A stretch of DNA of 62,298 bases, filler included, from Globobulimina sp. (GCA_003354225.1; 28 parts of 28 records of this genome joined end to end with filler, not necessarily neighbours in it); one strand, 5' to 3'; positions 11,151 through 24,142 are shown, counted from the first letter of the whole stretch. Numbers and translations are program-made. The notes: a model not told the origin generated them from the sequence alone.

Positions 11151-13280
11151 CCACGACATCTGTGAAGACGACGATGTCATCAGGTTCTTACATCTTACAA
11201 GCAAAAGGTCAAAGTAAAATTCTCTTTCAGTTTTACAACATTCAATTAATTTCAATGTCGACATCAATTGATCGAACAGACTCATCATTAATAACAATAT
11301 CAACATTAAACGAACTACATAAGTTCTACGCAGCTGGGAATGGTGACAGATATGCGTCTAAACCATTAATTTTAAATAACACCATTCAATTCAGATTAGA
11401 TTTATTCCCAAATGGACTAAGAAAGGAACAATTAGGATATGTTCAATTTATTGTGGTTTCAAATAAACTGCCATCAAATGTTAAATCAATTGCTGTGTTA
11501 TGTCGCTTATACTGTAAAGAAGCAACAACATTATTTAAGGAAGTAAAAATATTCAAAAAAGGGAATGAAGCCATATTATGGCCAATTTATTATCTCCATC
11601 GAGACGAATGTAAATATAACACACATTACAATGATAGAGATCGATTACAGTTTGGGTGCGATATAGAATTATTGCATATTAAGTATTGTAATAATTCTAT
11701 TATAAATAACTTAAAATTAAAAATCCGCAAAAACAGTGTCAAAAATATAAATTCACACAACAACAACCGACTGTTTTCGTATGCAACATTACGGAGCAAT
11801 GCCCAGATTCAATATGAATGGACTGTTGATAAAAACATTGGATTATTTAAACATGCCAGAAATGGCAAAGCATACTATTCCAATGATATAAATAATATTT
11901 GGTGTTTATGTTGTTATCCAAATGGACAGTATCCGCATAATGAGGGACAGTTATTATTATCACTCAAATTAATACGTTTACCACCGAAAATTAAATGCAT
12001 TCAAACCAATATTTCGTTACAAATGCAACATAAAAATCAATCAAATGACAAACCAAAAACTATATCTTTTAGTTACAATGAAAATGAATATATTTGGTCA
12101 ACTGCATCCGAACCATTTGCTACATTTGTTAATGCAATGAAATTTATGGTTGTTATTGAGATTCACAAATTATTTCAAGATGTTGGTAAAAACAAAGGCA
12201 GAGAGATATCGCGAACAAATTGGAGTCAGTATGGGATTGATATATTAGGTGTGCCGGAAAAATCAAACATCATTGATAACGGCAGTCAGGAGGCGGGGAA
12301 CATAAATATCATAAATAGACAGGTTATTTGTATAAATTATAATAATGTTAATTATCTCAAACAACTATAAACAAACTACATATACAGAAATACTCGAAAT
12401 CAATGGTATTTTACAAACAACACTCTCGTGATCAAGATTCTCCGCAATCTCGAGTCAACCTACGCTCGATCCGCTCATTCTCACAACGTGTATGTCTATG
12501 TCTATCTGTATGTGTATAATTATCGGTATCTGATCAATGATATATAGGCAATATATAATCCAGCTGCTTCTGAGGATGTGACAAGTAATACATTTCCTCG
12601 ATCCAACAGATTATCCACAACAGCAACCGTTGAATATTCAACATATTCTGTTCATCCGTATACATCCTCGTCACATCGTAGCAGTTTACAAATAAGTCCA
12701 TCATTATATAAAAAAATAACCCCAACACAAACACAAACACGAACACAAACACCTGCTATAATTGAAGAGGAATTCGAACAGCGAGACCTCGAGATACATC
12801 AAATTAAATTCAAAGAATGGTTGCATCAAATCGGTTTAAATAAATATTTTGATAACTTTGAAAGAAATGATAATGCCGATATCCGTGATATTGTATCCTT
12901 TGATCATGTCACATTGATTGGAATTGGTGTTAGTAACAAACCGCATCGTAATCGTATAGTTGATGCATCCATGCAATACGCCACTTTGATTTCGGACTTT
13001 GATGGTATATTGAAAAAAAGTAAGGTTTTAAATAATTTTGCTCCAGATTTAAGACGGAATGGTATATTGACATTGACTGACTTAGAAGCAGTGAGTATGA
13101 ATGCATTGAAGCAGATATTGAATATAAATAAATCCGAGCATAATATTACTGATATTTGGAACTTAATTCATCCAGAAACACATTTAAAATCAGCAATAAA
13201 TGAGTTAGAAGAAAGACATAAGAACGTCATGAATGAGATGGATACATTAATGATAGAAATATCAGAGATGAATAATAAAA
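11151..13280 (+). CDS. MATH-like plus SAM domain protein (multi-exon, partial)
   Basis: Two MATH-like repeats (LDLFPNG..GYV, WCLCCYPNG..GQL) and a SAM domain (EWLHQIGLNKYFDNF..LIGIGV..PHRNRI). Likely introns at about 12322-12388 and 12490-12548. Confidence 0.7.
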
Positions 13281-13588
13281 NNNNNNNNNNNNNNNNNNNN
13301 NNNNNNNNNNNNNNNNNNNNNNNNTTAATTAATTAANNNNNNNNNNNNNNNNNNNNNNNNNNNNNNNNNNNNNNNNNNNNGTCAGCAAAATAAAAAATTC
13401 ACTTTACAGTTCACGAATAATAGTTGGACCATCAAGACACAGCAGAAACAGAATCATTTTTAACAAAGAAACCGAATAAAAAAGTTTGAATGTTATAGCC
13501 CCAATAAATCCCGAGATATCGCATTTCAGCTTTTTTAAAGTTTGGCTTTATTATAATAAGTATATATATGTATTGTAAAATGTTTTTT

Positions 13589-15136
13589 TTACAATTTTGA
13601 TAATGTATTGGTTTTATTTAGTGTAATAATATCATTTTTTAATTTTTGTGTCCATCTTTTGGTCCAATTATCTGTGCTATTTTCAGTTTGATCACTTATT
13701 AATTGAATACATTCCTCTTTATCTCCAACCTTTGGTAGAAATGGATGATACAATTCCTTGGCAAACAATAATTTCCTTTTATTATTCTCATCCATATCCT
13801 CATTAAAAAATTCTTTAATAATATTTGGGAATTTGGCAGGTGACGCTGTGGCAATCGCAACCATCGGAATACCGCCACCAACACCATTCTCTTTAATAAA
13901 CTCAACAGCTCCAAATAGACTGCACGCAGAATGTGGACACGATACATAATTATAATTATTCACAAAATGTTTGGTTACATTTTTAATTTGTTGGTCTGAA
14001 ACACAATATGAGATTTGAATGAATTTTTTAAATTGATCCCGTAAAATCTGATCAAATTTATAACTAAACTCCATATTTTCTGAATTTTTCTCAAATTTAT
14101 CCATAATATTTCGAACAATTTCTCCATTCAAATTGAAACATAACCAAAAAAAGCGTTCAATATTATACGCAATTTGCACATCCATTGCTGGCGATTTTGT
14201 TTGATGATAATTGCGAAATGAACTGGAAAAATCTCCGAGCATTAAGGTTCTAAAAACAATATTGTTTTCATTGCAACATGGAATGATATATTTAATTGGT
14301 AATCCCATTGCTTTCGCGAACGAGGCAGCGCAACTATTACCAAATGCGCCCGATGGCACTGCGAAATTGATCTCTTTATCCACATTTGGCACAATCTGTA
14401 AATAAGAATAAAAATAGTAACAAATCTGCGCAGCAATACGCACAAAATTGATGCTGTTCATTGCGGAAATCCTATATTTTCGGACAAAATCAGTGTCGGC
14501 AAATATGTTTTTGATAATCAAGCATTGATCGTCGCTGTTTCTATCGGTTGCATATACATTGACAATCCGTTTATTTTTATCATTTTTAGCCATCAAAGTG
14601 GTTAATTGTTTTGCCTGGGTTTGGGTCACTTGTTTATAGGGAAACATACAAAATACATTCACGTTGCTGGTATTTGCCATTACCGAGGCAACGGCCGCAG
14701 GGCCAGTATCTCCGGAGGTTTCTACTAAGACATTGGCGCGATTTTTATTTTCTAAACGGATCAGTAATTCCATAATTTGCGATAATATGTTTAAACCAAT
14801 ATCCTTGAATGCTAATGTTGGGCCGTGATACGTCTCTGCAATATAAATATTATCGATTTTTGTAATTGGGATTACGTTTAATGATGATTCAAAATTAGAG
14901 AATGCCGCATCACATAAATTATCTAAATACGGTCGAACTTTCTCAGAAACAAACAATGATAATATTTTGGAGGTTAACCGTGCATAATTCAACTCATTCC
15001 ACGATAATAATCTTTTCTTATCAATGATTGGTATCTGCTGAGGTACATATAACCCGCCGTCCGGGGCATATCCACTGAATACAATTGTCGAGAAATCAAT
15101 ATCACGGACACCTCCTCTCGTACTGGTGTACTTCAT
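13589..15136 (-). CDS. Threonine synthase family, THNSL2-like PLP enzyme, C-terminal SKL
   Basis: MKYTSTRG, SGYAPDGGL, HGPTLAFKD (PLP lysine), TSGDTG, NSINFVR and PSGAFGN. AMDVQIAYNIER resembles the THNSL2 subfamily. Confidence 0.92.
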   Translation of the reverse strand: MKYTSTRGGVRDIDFSTIVFSGYAPDGGLYVPQQIPIIDKKRLLSWNELNYARLTSKILSLFVSEKVRPYLDNLCDAAFSNFESSLNVIPITKIDNIYIAETYHGPTLAFKDIGLNILSQIMELLIRLENKNRANVLVETSGDTGPAAVASVMANTSNVNVFCMFPYKQVTQTQAKQLTTLMAKNDKNKRIVNVYATDRNSDDQCLIIKNIFADTDFVRKYRISAMNSINFVRIAAQICYYFYSYLQIVPNVDKEINFAVPSGAFGNSCAASFAKAMGLPIKYIIPCCNENNIVFRTLMLGDFSSSFRNYHQTKSPAMDVQIAYNIERFFWLCFNLNGEIVRNIMDKFEKNSENMEFSYKFDQILRDQFKKFIQISYCVSDQQIKNVTKHFVNNYNYVSCPHSACSLFGAVEFIKENGVGGGIPMVAIATASPAKFPNIIKEFFNEDMDENNKRKLLFAKELYHPFLPKVGDKEECIQLISDQTENSTDNWTKRWTQKLKNDIITLNKTNTLSKL

Positions 15137-15235
15137 CCAAGACTAAGAGCAAGATAACGAGTAAAGTTTAGTTTGATGTAAATTATGCAGAAAAAAGTGT
15201 AGTTAAACAAAAGCTTAATAAATTTATAATTATCA

Positions 15236-15509
15236 TCATTTGTATTTGGAATAACGTTGTCTTCTGTTGGATTTTCGCGGACTTTTAACAGGGCTCACAT
15301 TTATATCGTGTTGGTATTGCTTTTGTTGTTGTATATCGTGTTCAATTTCTTTTTTTTCTTTTTCAAACAATTTTGTTTGTTGTTTGAATTGATAATATTG
15401 TTTGTGAATGGATTTGATTTGTTGCCGATGTTCCTTGCGACTCGATTTTAGATCTTCAGACAGTTTGTTCCTGTTTCCCCGCACCACATCCAATAGGTTA
15501 TAAACACAA
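15236..15509 (-). CDS. Coiled-coil protein, C-terminal fragment
   Basis: Open charged heptad-like frame running from the contig edge. Confidence 0.45.
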
Positions 15510-15609
15510 NNNNNNNNNNNNNNNNNNNNNNNNNNNNNNNNNNNNNNNNNNNNTTAATTAATTAANNNNNNNNNNNNNNNNNNNNNNNNNNNNNNNNNNN
15601 NNNNNNNNN

Positions 15610-17271
15610 TTGGAAATGTTTACGTATTTCGTTTTTCCATTGTTGTACGAGATGGGATGGTGCGATTAATAGCGTAGCAGCACATTTTATTGATTTATTA
15701 TTATTTCCTAACAGTAATTTATTAGTTTGGTTATCAAATGGATGGGATAATATTAATGACAATATTGTCAATGATTTACCTAAGCCAACATCGTCTGCAA
15801 TTATACCTCCTCGAAAGCGCAGACATCTCGGTGGTAAAATACGTGCAATATCAGATGGAATAAACTGTTTATTGTTGATAGTATAGACTTTGCATGACAT
15901 ATTATTTGTAAATCGTAAATCATTGGAACCGATATACATTTTCTGCTGATTTGCAACCAATTTTTCAATATAATAACACCATAATACAGTATGTAACTGA
16001 TATTTATATAGCTTTGAATCAGGTTTTAATCCGATTGTTAATCTTTTTTGTATTGTATCCAGATTATCTCTTTCTTGTCGCGGTATAAATGGTAAAAATG
16101 GTTTTCTTGCATACATTTCATGTCTTTGTTTATTATTTGGAAATGTTGGATGATGTCTCAATGCTAATTTACGTATTTCATCGCGATAACAACTATCATA
16201 CCGCAACCAATCACCATTAAATAAATCCGCTTTGAACGTATTATTACACATTGAACAGTGTTTATTTTGCAATGGATTTAGCATAGTACAGACATTACAT
16301 GCCTTTTCCTGCCGTTTTTTATTAAAATATTGCTGTTTCACAATATCTCCAAACGCCGAACAATCAAAATAAATATTTCTCTGATAATTTGATTTTAAAA
16401 ATGATGCAATGTCCATAACCACATTCCACGGGAAATCTGTGTTTTTTCTTAAGAATCGAGCCATTAAATTGCTTTCTGAATTACTTATAATTTTATATAG
16501 CTTGCTGCCATGCACTTGTTTAGTACGGATTATATCATGTGGTTCACGGGAACTATCGCCGAGAGTAAAGTGTCTATCTTCGTCAATGAACGCAGTCACC
16601 CACGATTTGTAATTTGTGCTGGTAATAATCCCATGGCCATTTCTTTGATAATTGTTATCATTGTGATAGCCCCTCATGGCTATGCTAAAAGCGCGCGCCC
16701 TGCGTGGATGTGATAGTGATAGTGCTGCACTATACGGTCTGTACTTGAATTGAATGGTATCACCGATTTGTAATTCGGTCATGGCATTATATATTATGGT
16801 ATCATTTGCTTTTTGTTGGGATGATACCGTCTCTCCTTTTATCCATAATTCATTGTCATCATCTTCGCCATCCATGAAATATGGTTTGATGCTATTTGTT
16901 ACATCCCAACGATCTGAGGCTTCATTCTTTGTTTTATGATGAATTAATACGGTGTTATTATTAAATAAATTCTCGTCGTTATTTATGAAATCTAACTCAA
17001 TGTTTTTGCTATTTTTGTCATTTGTGTTGGATGTGACTGATTGATTGGAGTTATTGGTATTGTAAATCGGATAATATTCATCATCGATTGGACCAGTTTG
17101 TTGGACAATGATCGGAACCGATTTCGTAAATGAAGATGATGGACCTGTTACCGATAAATGCGGATTTGTTGTGTCGTTTGAGTCCGAATCTATCTCCATC
17201 GCTGCCATGAATACAAAATGAAAATAAAGTAGTTTTAGGATTTTCTTGAGGTGAGCTAAGTTTTCTTGCAT
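15610..17271 (-). CDS. SNF2-family ATPase (Rad5/Rad16-like) with RanBP2-type zinc finger (3' partial)
   Basis: LYKYQ..WC, GGIIADDVGLGKS and TLLIAPSHLVQQWKNEI; zinc finger CNVCTMLN..CSMC. Confidence 0.88.
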
Positions 17272-17293
17272 AGCGACATAATTTATCTAAACC

Positions 17294-17686
17294 ATGCGAT
17301 TTGGAGCCTACCGCGGAACGGACACAAAACACATATTGAATTTACAGCAGCTCATAAAATTAAAGGTAACAGATCTATTCGGCGGAGGCTGGATTATAAC
17401 CAAGTGCGCGAAACAAACGATCCCCAAAACAAAACGATGCGTGTTGATATTAAAATTGATTGACAACCCAAAAGGCGGAAAGCTACGCTCGTTGATAACG
17501 GCGCGCATTTTCCACTGCCCATCATCAACTCCCACAATTAAGCCTGAATCAATCATAGTCATTGCACCAAACAAAGGACATATAAAAGTGTTCAATTCAG
17601 CACATACAATATGTGCTAATTACAACGACATACAAATCGTTCCACCAAATCATATCCAACAATTCCAAGTTATTACACCCTTTTAA
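17294..17686 (+). CDS. Small hypothetical protein, possibly OB-fold
   Basis: 130-aa ORF from ATG to stop, divergent from the SNF2 gene, with a beta-strand-like pattern. Confidence 0.4.
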   Translation: MRFGAYRGTDTKHILNLQQLIKLKVTDLFGGGWIITKCAKQTIPKTKRCVLILKLIDNPKGGKLRSLITARIFHCPSSTPTIKPESIIVIAPNKGHIKVFNSAHTICANYNDIQIVPPNHIQQFQVITPF

Positions 17687-17838
17687 ATACCCCTTTGTGA
17701 CATTTATAACTTGTGTTGATTGAAATACACATCCATAANNNNNNNNNNNNNNNNNNNNNNNNNNNNNNNNNNNNNNNNNNNNTTAATTAATTAANNNNNN
17801 NNNNNNNNNNNNNNNNNNNNNNNNNNNNNNNNNNNNNN

Positions 17839-19388
17839 TTTAATTTTCCCATTATTTTATTTATTGATGTATGTCCATAATAAAATCTCACGGTCAATGA
17901 TTTTAAGCCACTCAATCTTTGATTTGCTGGTAATATCTCAATGCAATCCGTATCCACAAACTCCAATCTGTCATAAAAACCAATTAAATGATCAAAGCAA
18001 GGATTGACATAATTATTTCCTCTCAAACACGACATATTATTTCCGACAAAAGTGTAATGACTCATATTTATACAAATTGATAAAATATATTTAATGATTT
18101 GATTTATTGTTTTTGTGAATGTGTTGGGTATGATGGGTCCAGCAGAATCATTTAAAAGTGTTACATTTGTCGTATCAAATGATATTACCAATGCTCGTAA
18201 CGCAGTTTGTTGTGTACGTGTCGATAAATGTTGTTTCCATAATTTATTATAATATTTTGCGCATTGATCAAATATTGGTAACTTTAAATCTAATAATTTG
18301 AGATTAGAGAATTTATAAAAATGATATAATGGATGATGATCAATATTAATATGTATATTTCTTCGAATGTTGAGGGATTTTCTTGATGGTATCATATTAT
18401 AGGTAATATGCTGTAATTTAGAGTAATAAAATGGGTTTGTAAGATGTGTGAGTTCATCGTAACTTTGCGTCATATCCCACGGACCCCAGCTACTAAACCT
18501 CTCATATACCTTAATTTTTGGAATTTTGACTGATATTAAGTTTGGTAAAAAGTGCTGTAACGTTCCAAAACCAAAGTGAGATCTATGCCAATAGCCAAAT
18601 TGCGATGGAATCCATATCAAATGTTTAATACAATCGAATTTGTCACTATATTTTTTATTGTATGTATGCATAGTTTCTTCTACATTCGATATCCATCGGT
18701 TTAAATGTCCATAATCACCATATCCTGTGCATATTTTTGATAATAAATCACTTTTAAACGATTGATATTTTAAATTATAATTAAGTGTATGCAATGATGG
18801 TGATTTAAATAGTATTTTAGCAATAAATGTATAATATTTTGATTCCAAATCGCCATATTTTTGGAGTGATGATAATTTATTTTTAAATACATATCTTACA
18901 TCGATGTATTTGCAGTTAATAAATTTTGAATACGTTACAAGATTATTATGTATTGCTTTCACTAATTTGTGGTCAATAACCAGATGATATTTCGATATTT
19001 TATTATTACAAAAGATATAAAAGTCTTTGCATATAAGCTGGTGTTTTAAGCGGTCATTCATTGTGTTAAATGAAATAATATATGCAATAATTGTCGATGG
19101 CATTGGCAATAAATAACTCGATTGAATAATTTCCGATTTATTTGCATTTGGGTTCACGAAATGTTTGTATATTTTACTGCTACATTCATTTTGCCGATTG
19201 TCTGAATAATTCCATATATTATCAATTAATGGTTTGATTTGAGGATGAGATTGTTTGAGCCGCGTAAATAAAAAATCTCTAATATCTGATTTGCTTAACG
19301 TCGATACAAATGACAATAATTCATTCTTGTGACATGATTTGATGTTACTAATAACTGATGCTGACGATAAAGTACCTGTTTCCATCAA
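17839..19388 (-). CDS. F-box-like protein (3' partial)
   Basis: LLPMPSTIIAYIISF..DR..LICKDFY matches the F-box pattern and is followed by loose LRR-like segments. Confidence 0.6.
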
Positions 19389-19843
19389 TTTGAGAAACTG
19401 TTTTTTTTAAGCAACTAGTAGTGCAAAACTGTAAATATAACAGCTCGATTATCTAATCGTATGATGAAGGACCAAATCATTATTTACAACCTATGAATGG
19501 CCAAATCACCTATGAACTGTATATACTATAATTAACAGTTAACACACAAATATTACACTATTCATTAAAATACATCGCATGCACTCAACTACATTACTTA
19601 CATATTCACAAGTAAAATCCATACAATCTTTCACCAAATCTCCGTAGCTGAAAATGGTGGCTGTGTAGTACCAACTTTGGGCAAAAAATGGAAACGACTT
19701 TGAGAGTGTCCCATAAATAAAATGCAAGTTTATCCCATAATATATATCCTAAATAAGTGCGGATTATATTTTATTGGAAATCTTGCTTTGTTATTTACTT
19801 TGGTTATGTACGCTACTAAGCTAAATCAAATCCCGTATAACGC

Positions 19844-19965
19844 CACTGCAGTCACAACTATTGAGCTAATTTTCGTTGTGGTGGTCGGACTTCAAGCGGT
19901 TGTTCGTGACAGTATTAAACATTGCACTTTGCTATGCACTGCAGACACAACTATTGAGCTAATTT
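19844..19965 (+). repeat. 29-bp direct repeat, 2 copies, period 93
   Basis: CACTGCAG(T/A)CACAACTATTGAGCTAATTT at 19844-19872 and 19937-19965. Confidence 0.85.
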
Positions 19966-20067
19966 AANNNNNNNNNNNNNNNNNNNNNNNNNNNNNNNNN
20001 NNNNNNNNNNNTTAATTAATTAANNNNNNNNNNNNNNNNNNNNNNNNNNNNNNNNNNNNNNNNNNNN

Positions 20068-20941
20068 CGATATTTGCAGTTTATTGAATGTCTATACAAA
20101 CGAGGAATGTTCGCGTTGTAAAGAACCAATGTCAAAAGAAAGAAAACAAAGAAATATCGTAAAACCTAAAAAACAAACAATACCAAACAACACTAAAACT
20201 ACACACACAACTTCTTCAAATTCATCCTCATCAAATACATCGCGAAGGTCATCTGTTTCAATGCGAAATGCTGGAAAATCAGTCATATCCCATCAACAAA
20301 CAAAAGTAAATAAAAAAAATAGTAAAAAAGGTCATAATCAAAATACATTCGGATTTAACCATAAAAGTAAAAGTAAAAAAACAAAGATTGATAACAATAA
20401 TAATTACGGAATGAAAAAATTAAAAAAAGAAAATTTAACTGCAAAACATTTAGGTTACAAATCAAAAAAAAAGAATGTAAATACATTCGTTCGCTCAAAA
20501 TTGAATCACGACACAGCAAGTTACAGAGCAAAATTTGAAGGAAAAGGAAATCCGAATGATAAGAAACGAATAATTAAAGGAATGAAAAAAGGAACACAAT
20601 ATGCGACAATTGACGATTTAACAAAAAATGGATTTGTAACAACATTGTCAAATAAAAACAAAAACAAAAACAAAAACCAGTCGTCTTCTCAATCTAAAAA
20701 AACAAATTCACGCTTCCGTAGAATGTCAGAATCGACAAAAGCATCGATTACAAAATTAAATGATGAGAGACCAGTAAGTCCGCCACCAAAAGGAGTGAAA
20801 ACAAAAGGAAAAAGGTCATTGATTGATAAATTACAGAAATATCACACAGGTGAAATTATGGCAAATTTAAGATATGGTGGAAGATATATGAGACCACAAA
20901 AGAAACGTTTTGCAGCAGGTGATACTGTGCATGACTTGTAA
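20068..20941 (+). CDS. Low-complexity Lys/Asn/Ser-rich protein (5' partial)
   Basis: Long open frame; starts with a CxxC..CSRC zinc-finger remnant. Confidence 0.55.
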
Positions 20942-21083
20942 TCATATTTTATTTTGTTGTTAATTTTGTTTAATATAAAAATATTTAAAATGTTTAATTT
21001 TGTCTCACATACGTACAGCAAAACGTGTTTAGCCAATTTTCACTATGTTTTTGTCAAAAAACAGTGACAAGCTTTGATTTATT

Positions 21084-21710
21084 ATGGATTTATCAGCTCT
21101 TATTAATGTGGCACCTGTTGTTCTCAATGAAAAACCAGCCGTCAAACACAGCAAATCCAGTTGTTTGCCATCTTCATCGTCAAAGAAGCAATGTAAGAAA
21201 GATATTGATAAAAGCAATGATTTTGCTTGCACTAAACATCACGCATCGGAATTACAAGTGTGTGTAAATGATGATTTTGAGAATATAGAAATTAAAACCA
21301 AATATGATACGTATTCGGAAGAAATGGTTAAGAAATTCCACGAGAAAACTCTACATAGAATAAAAGCAGAGAGACGGAAAAGTTTGGAATCAAAATGCAA
21401 CATATTACGACAAATAAAAGGAACAAAAAATAAAATAAATGAGGGAGTAAAGTACGTACAATTATCAGTTGAGAAAGCTCAGAAAAGATTAAGTGAACGA
21501 AAGACAAAGACAGATGAAGCAAAGGATAAATTGCAAGATTTGTCAAATGTAGAAAGAGGAAATTATGTACAAAAAAAGAAAGAAAGAGAGAGGATACAAT
21601 TTGAAGAACAACAAAAACGAGGAAGAATATATTTGCTCAATTTTCTTTATAAAAGGAAGTATGAATTGTTGTGTGATCAGAAAGAAAGCAGTCAAATACA
21701 AAACAATTGA
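21084..21710 (+). CDS. Hypothetical coiled-coil protein
   Basis: 208-aa ORF, charged and helical. Confidence 0.55.
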   Translation: MDLSALINVAPVVLNEKPAVKHSKSSCLPSSSSKKQCKKDIDKSNDFACTKHHASELQVCVNDDFENIEIKTKYDTYSEEMVKKFHEKTLHRIKAERRKSLESKCNILRQIKGTKNKINEGVKYVQLSVEKAQKRLSERKTKTDEAKDKLQDLSNVERGNYVQKKKERERIQFEEQQKRGRIYLLNFLYKRKYELLCDQKESSQIQNN

Positions 21711-21908
21711 CAATTGTAAATGAGTTATTTAATACATTGAGCTGTCTTTTTTTGTGCGAATAATCTCGTGCTCGCAGTTTGTTTACAATTGAATTCAAAT
21801 TATAACGTTTTTGGTTTAAATTCGAAGATGTATTTTAATAAAAAACTCTGTTTTTTCGCACCACACTTTGAAAGACCATCATACCAAACAAACAAGTTAA
21901 TTATAATA

Positions 21909-22196
21909 ATGACAGAAGAAAAGACAGGCATTGAGACGAAAAAAAAAAGAGTAAGAGTGATAAAATGGAATGCAGTGACATTATGGTCATGGAATTGTAA
22001 AACAGATATTTGTGGCATTTGTCGGAATAAAATACATGAATTATGCATTGAATGTCAAGCAGATCAATATTCAAAGTCATCTGAAGAGTGTACGCTAGCG
22101 TGGGGAGTATGTAATCATCAATTCCATTTTCATTGCATTTCAAGATGGTTAAAAGAGCGAGGAACCTGTCCAATGGATGGAAAAGAATGGGAATTC
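21909..22196 (+). CDS. RBX1: RING-box protein 1 (cullin E3 ligase subunit), 3' end clipped
   Basis: [55 protein letters not shown]. Confidence 0.93.
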
Positions 22197-22296
22197 NNNN
22201 NNNNNNNNNNNNNNNNNNNNNNNNNNNNNNNNNNNNNNNNTTAATTAATTAANNNNNNNNNNNNNNNNNNNNNNNNNNNNNNNNNNNNNNNNNNNN

Positions 22297-23579
22297 CACC
22301 TTTCCCTACAAACCCTGCAGATCCATTATCATTCACCGCAGCTTCAAACACTATACAACCGAGCTCAATTTGTGCAGTGGCACTGCCAATCATCAATTTA
22401 CCCTCAAACACCGCCATACTCCGCACTCCATAATGGCTTTCATAGCCAAACGCAGCGTCAGTCTCCGTAACCCACTCTTCCTCACCCGGCTGCACAGCGG
22501 AAAACAAATCAAACTCATCGCCCATCTTAAATGTAGCCACATATAAACGATCATTGAACTCCTGCATATACCACACATACGCATTCATGCGATTGCCATT
22601 CCCGCCAACAAACACAGGCTCAAACACCGTGCCTTCCGCATCTACATTCACGTACAAACTCGCACCATCTTTAAAATTCATAGTGCCAATATACAACTTA
22701 TCCTTATACACATACAACTTCATAGCGGCACTATCGGCGCGGACACCATTCCCGCCATCAAATATTTTCTCGTAAGCAGTACCATCCATAGTACGGTATA
22801 ACTGCATGCCTTTCATATTCAATGTGCCCGCATACATCCAACCGTTATATTCTACAAAATCAGGAAACCAATAATTACCAACGTCGCCCAAACCATCAGT
22901 CACCACTGCTTCCCACGCATCGGCAGTAAATTCGCCATCCTCTGCGATGGCTCTACGCCATATTTTAGCGCCGGTTCTGCGATTCTCACCTCCTACGTAT
23001 AAGTGTCCATCGTATACTAACAAGCCACGACCTTTTTTGAGTTGGTTTGTTTATATGCGATGTTATGGAAACGTATGGAAACGTATAGAAACCTGAAGTG
23101 TTGTCATCGTCTCCAAAACCATCGGCCATAATAACTTCCCAATTGGAGCCATCAAAGGTTCGCCATACTTGAAAGCCGGACACATGATTCGCTGTAACGG
23201 CGTATAAATAATCACCCACAACAATCATTTTTCGAATACCATAGTTATCGGCATCACCGTTACCATTTATTACTACCGGCGTCCACGACCAGATAGCGTT
23301 GTCATTTATATTTCCTTTATGAATCTGTACGCCATTGGTGGCAAATGGTAATCCTAAGAAAAACAGGGCCATTCCGGGGAGTCCGTTGACTGCGTTTAAC
23401 GTGGCGACATATAATGAACCTTTAAATTCAGCCATTGCAAATGCGTATTGGTTGGTGGTATCTCCAAAACCATCATCATTCACTTGGTTAATACATAACG
23501 TTTCAGTTTCAACAGAACATTGTGATGAATGAGCAACTGCTGCGATACATATAGCTATCAATGTAATGATAGACATCAT
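22297..23579 (-). CDS. Secreted beta-propeller-like repeat protein of prokaryote-like type (2 exons, intron 23032-23092)
   Basis: Signal peptide and about 7 repeats of DGFGD..N.y..M..F.G.LYvgT.N..G..lwR. The GT-AG intron restores the frame (TSG|RGLLVYDG). Confidence 0.75.
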
Positions 23580-23985
23580 AGAAACTTGATTTTTTGCTTC
23601 CTACAGTTTTGAGTTTTCTAGTGTTGTACGTAGTGGCTATCATATGGATCAGCGGCAGCCATGTTCTGTCAAACTGTAGCAAACAGTCAAATGGACGAAA
23701 CAAATTGGTATGTTGAAGTGATGCAGCCATCGAATAACTCTTTGTCCCATTAATCAAATGTTGCAATACTTGAATGTAATAAATATATGTTTTGATTATG
23801 GAGATTAACAATAACAATAACAAATGGTTCGGTATCTCAATGATAGAGAATGCGTCTGCGACTCCGGTCGTATCCTGAAGGCTCGCCTTCATTTATATGG
23901 TGGTTACTAACCAAATTCACAAACCGCTTCAAGCGATTTACTGACGAAGAAAGAGAGTTTGTTAGCAATAACTATTATAAACCAC

Positions 23986-24142
23986 TGCTATACATTCAAT
24001 TCGCATAGATGTAGGTTTAAATCCTACCCGAACCAATCTCGTTAATTGTATGGAATGTCCTTACGATTCAAACTTATTATTACAAACAAATGCTATACAT
24101 TCAATTCGCATAGATGTAGGTTTAAGTCCTACCCGAACCAAT
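23986..24142 (+). repeat. Two 52-bp tRNA-3'-half-like direct repeats, period 105
   Basis: TGCTATACATTCAATTCGCATAGATGTAGGTTTAA(A/G)TCCTACCCGAACCAAT at 23986-24037 and 24091-24142, containing a GTAGG/CCTAC stem with a 7-nt loop. Confidence 0.85.

Noticed and set aside
23986..24142. Possible CRISPR array (repeat-spacer-repeat; also 19844-19965)
   Set aside because: Only two units each, atypical lengths, tRNA-like content, eukaryotic context and no cas genes.
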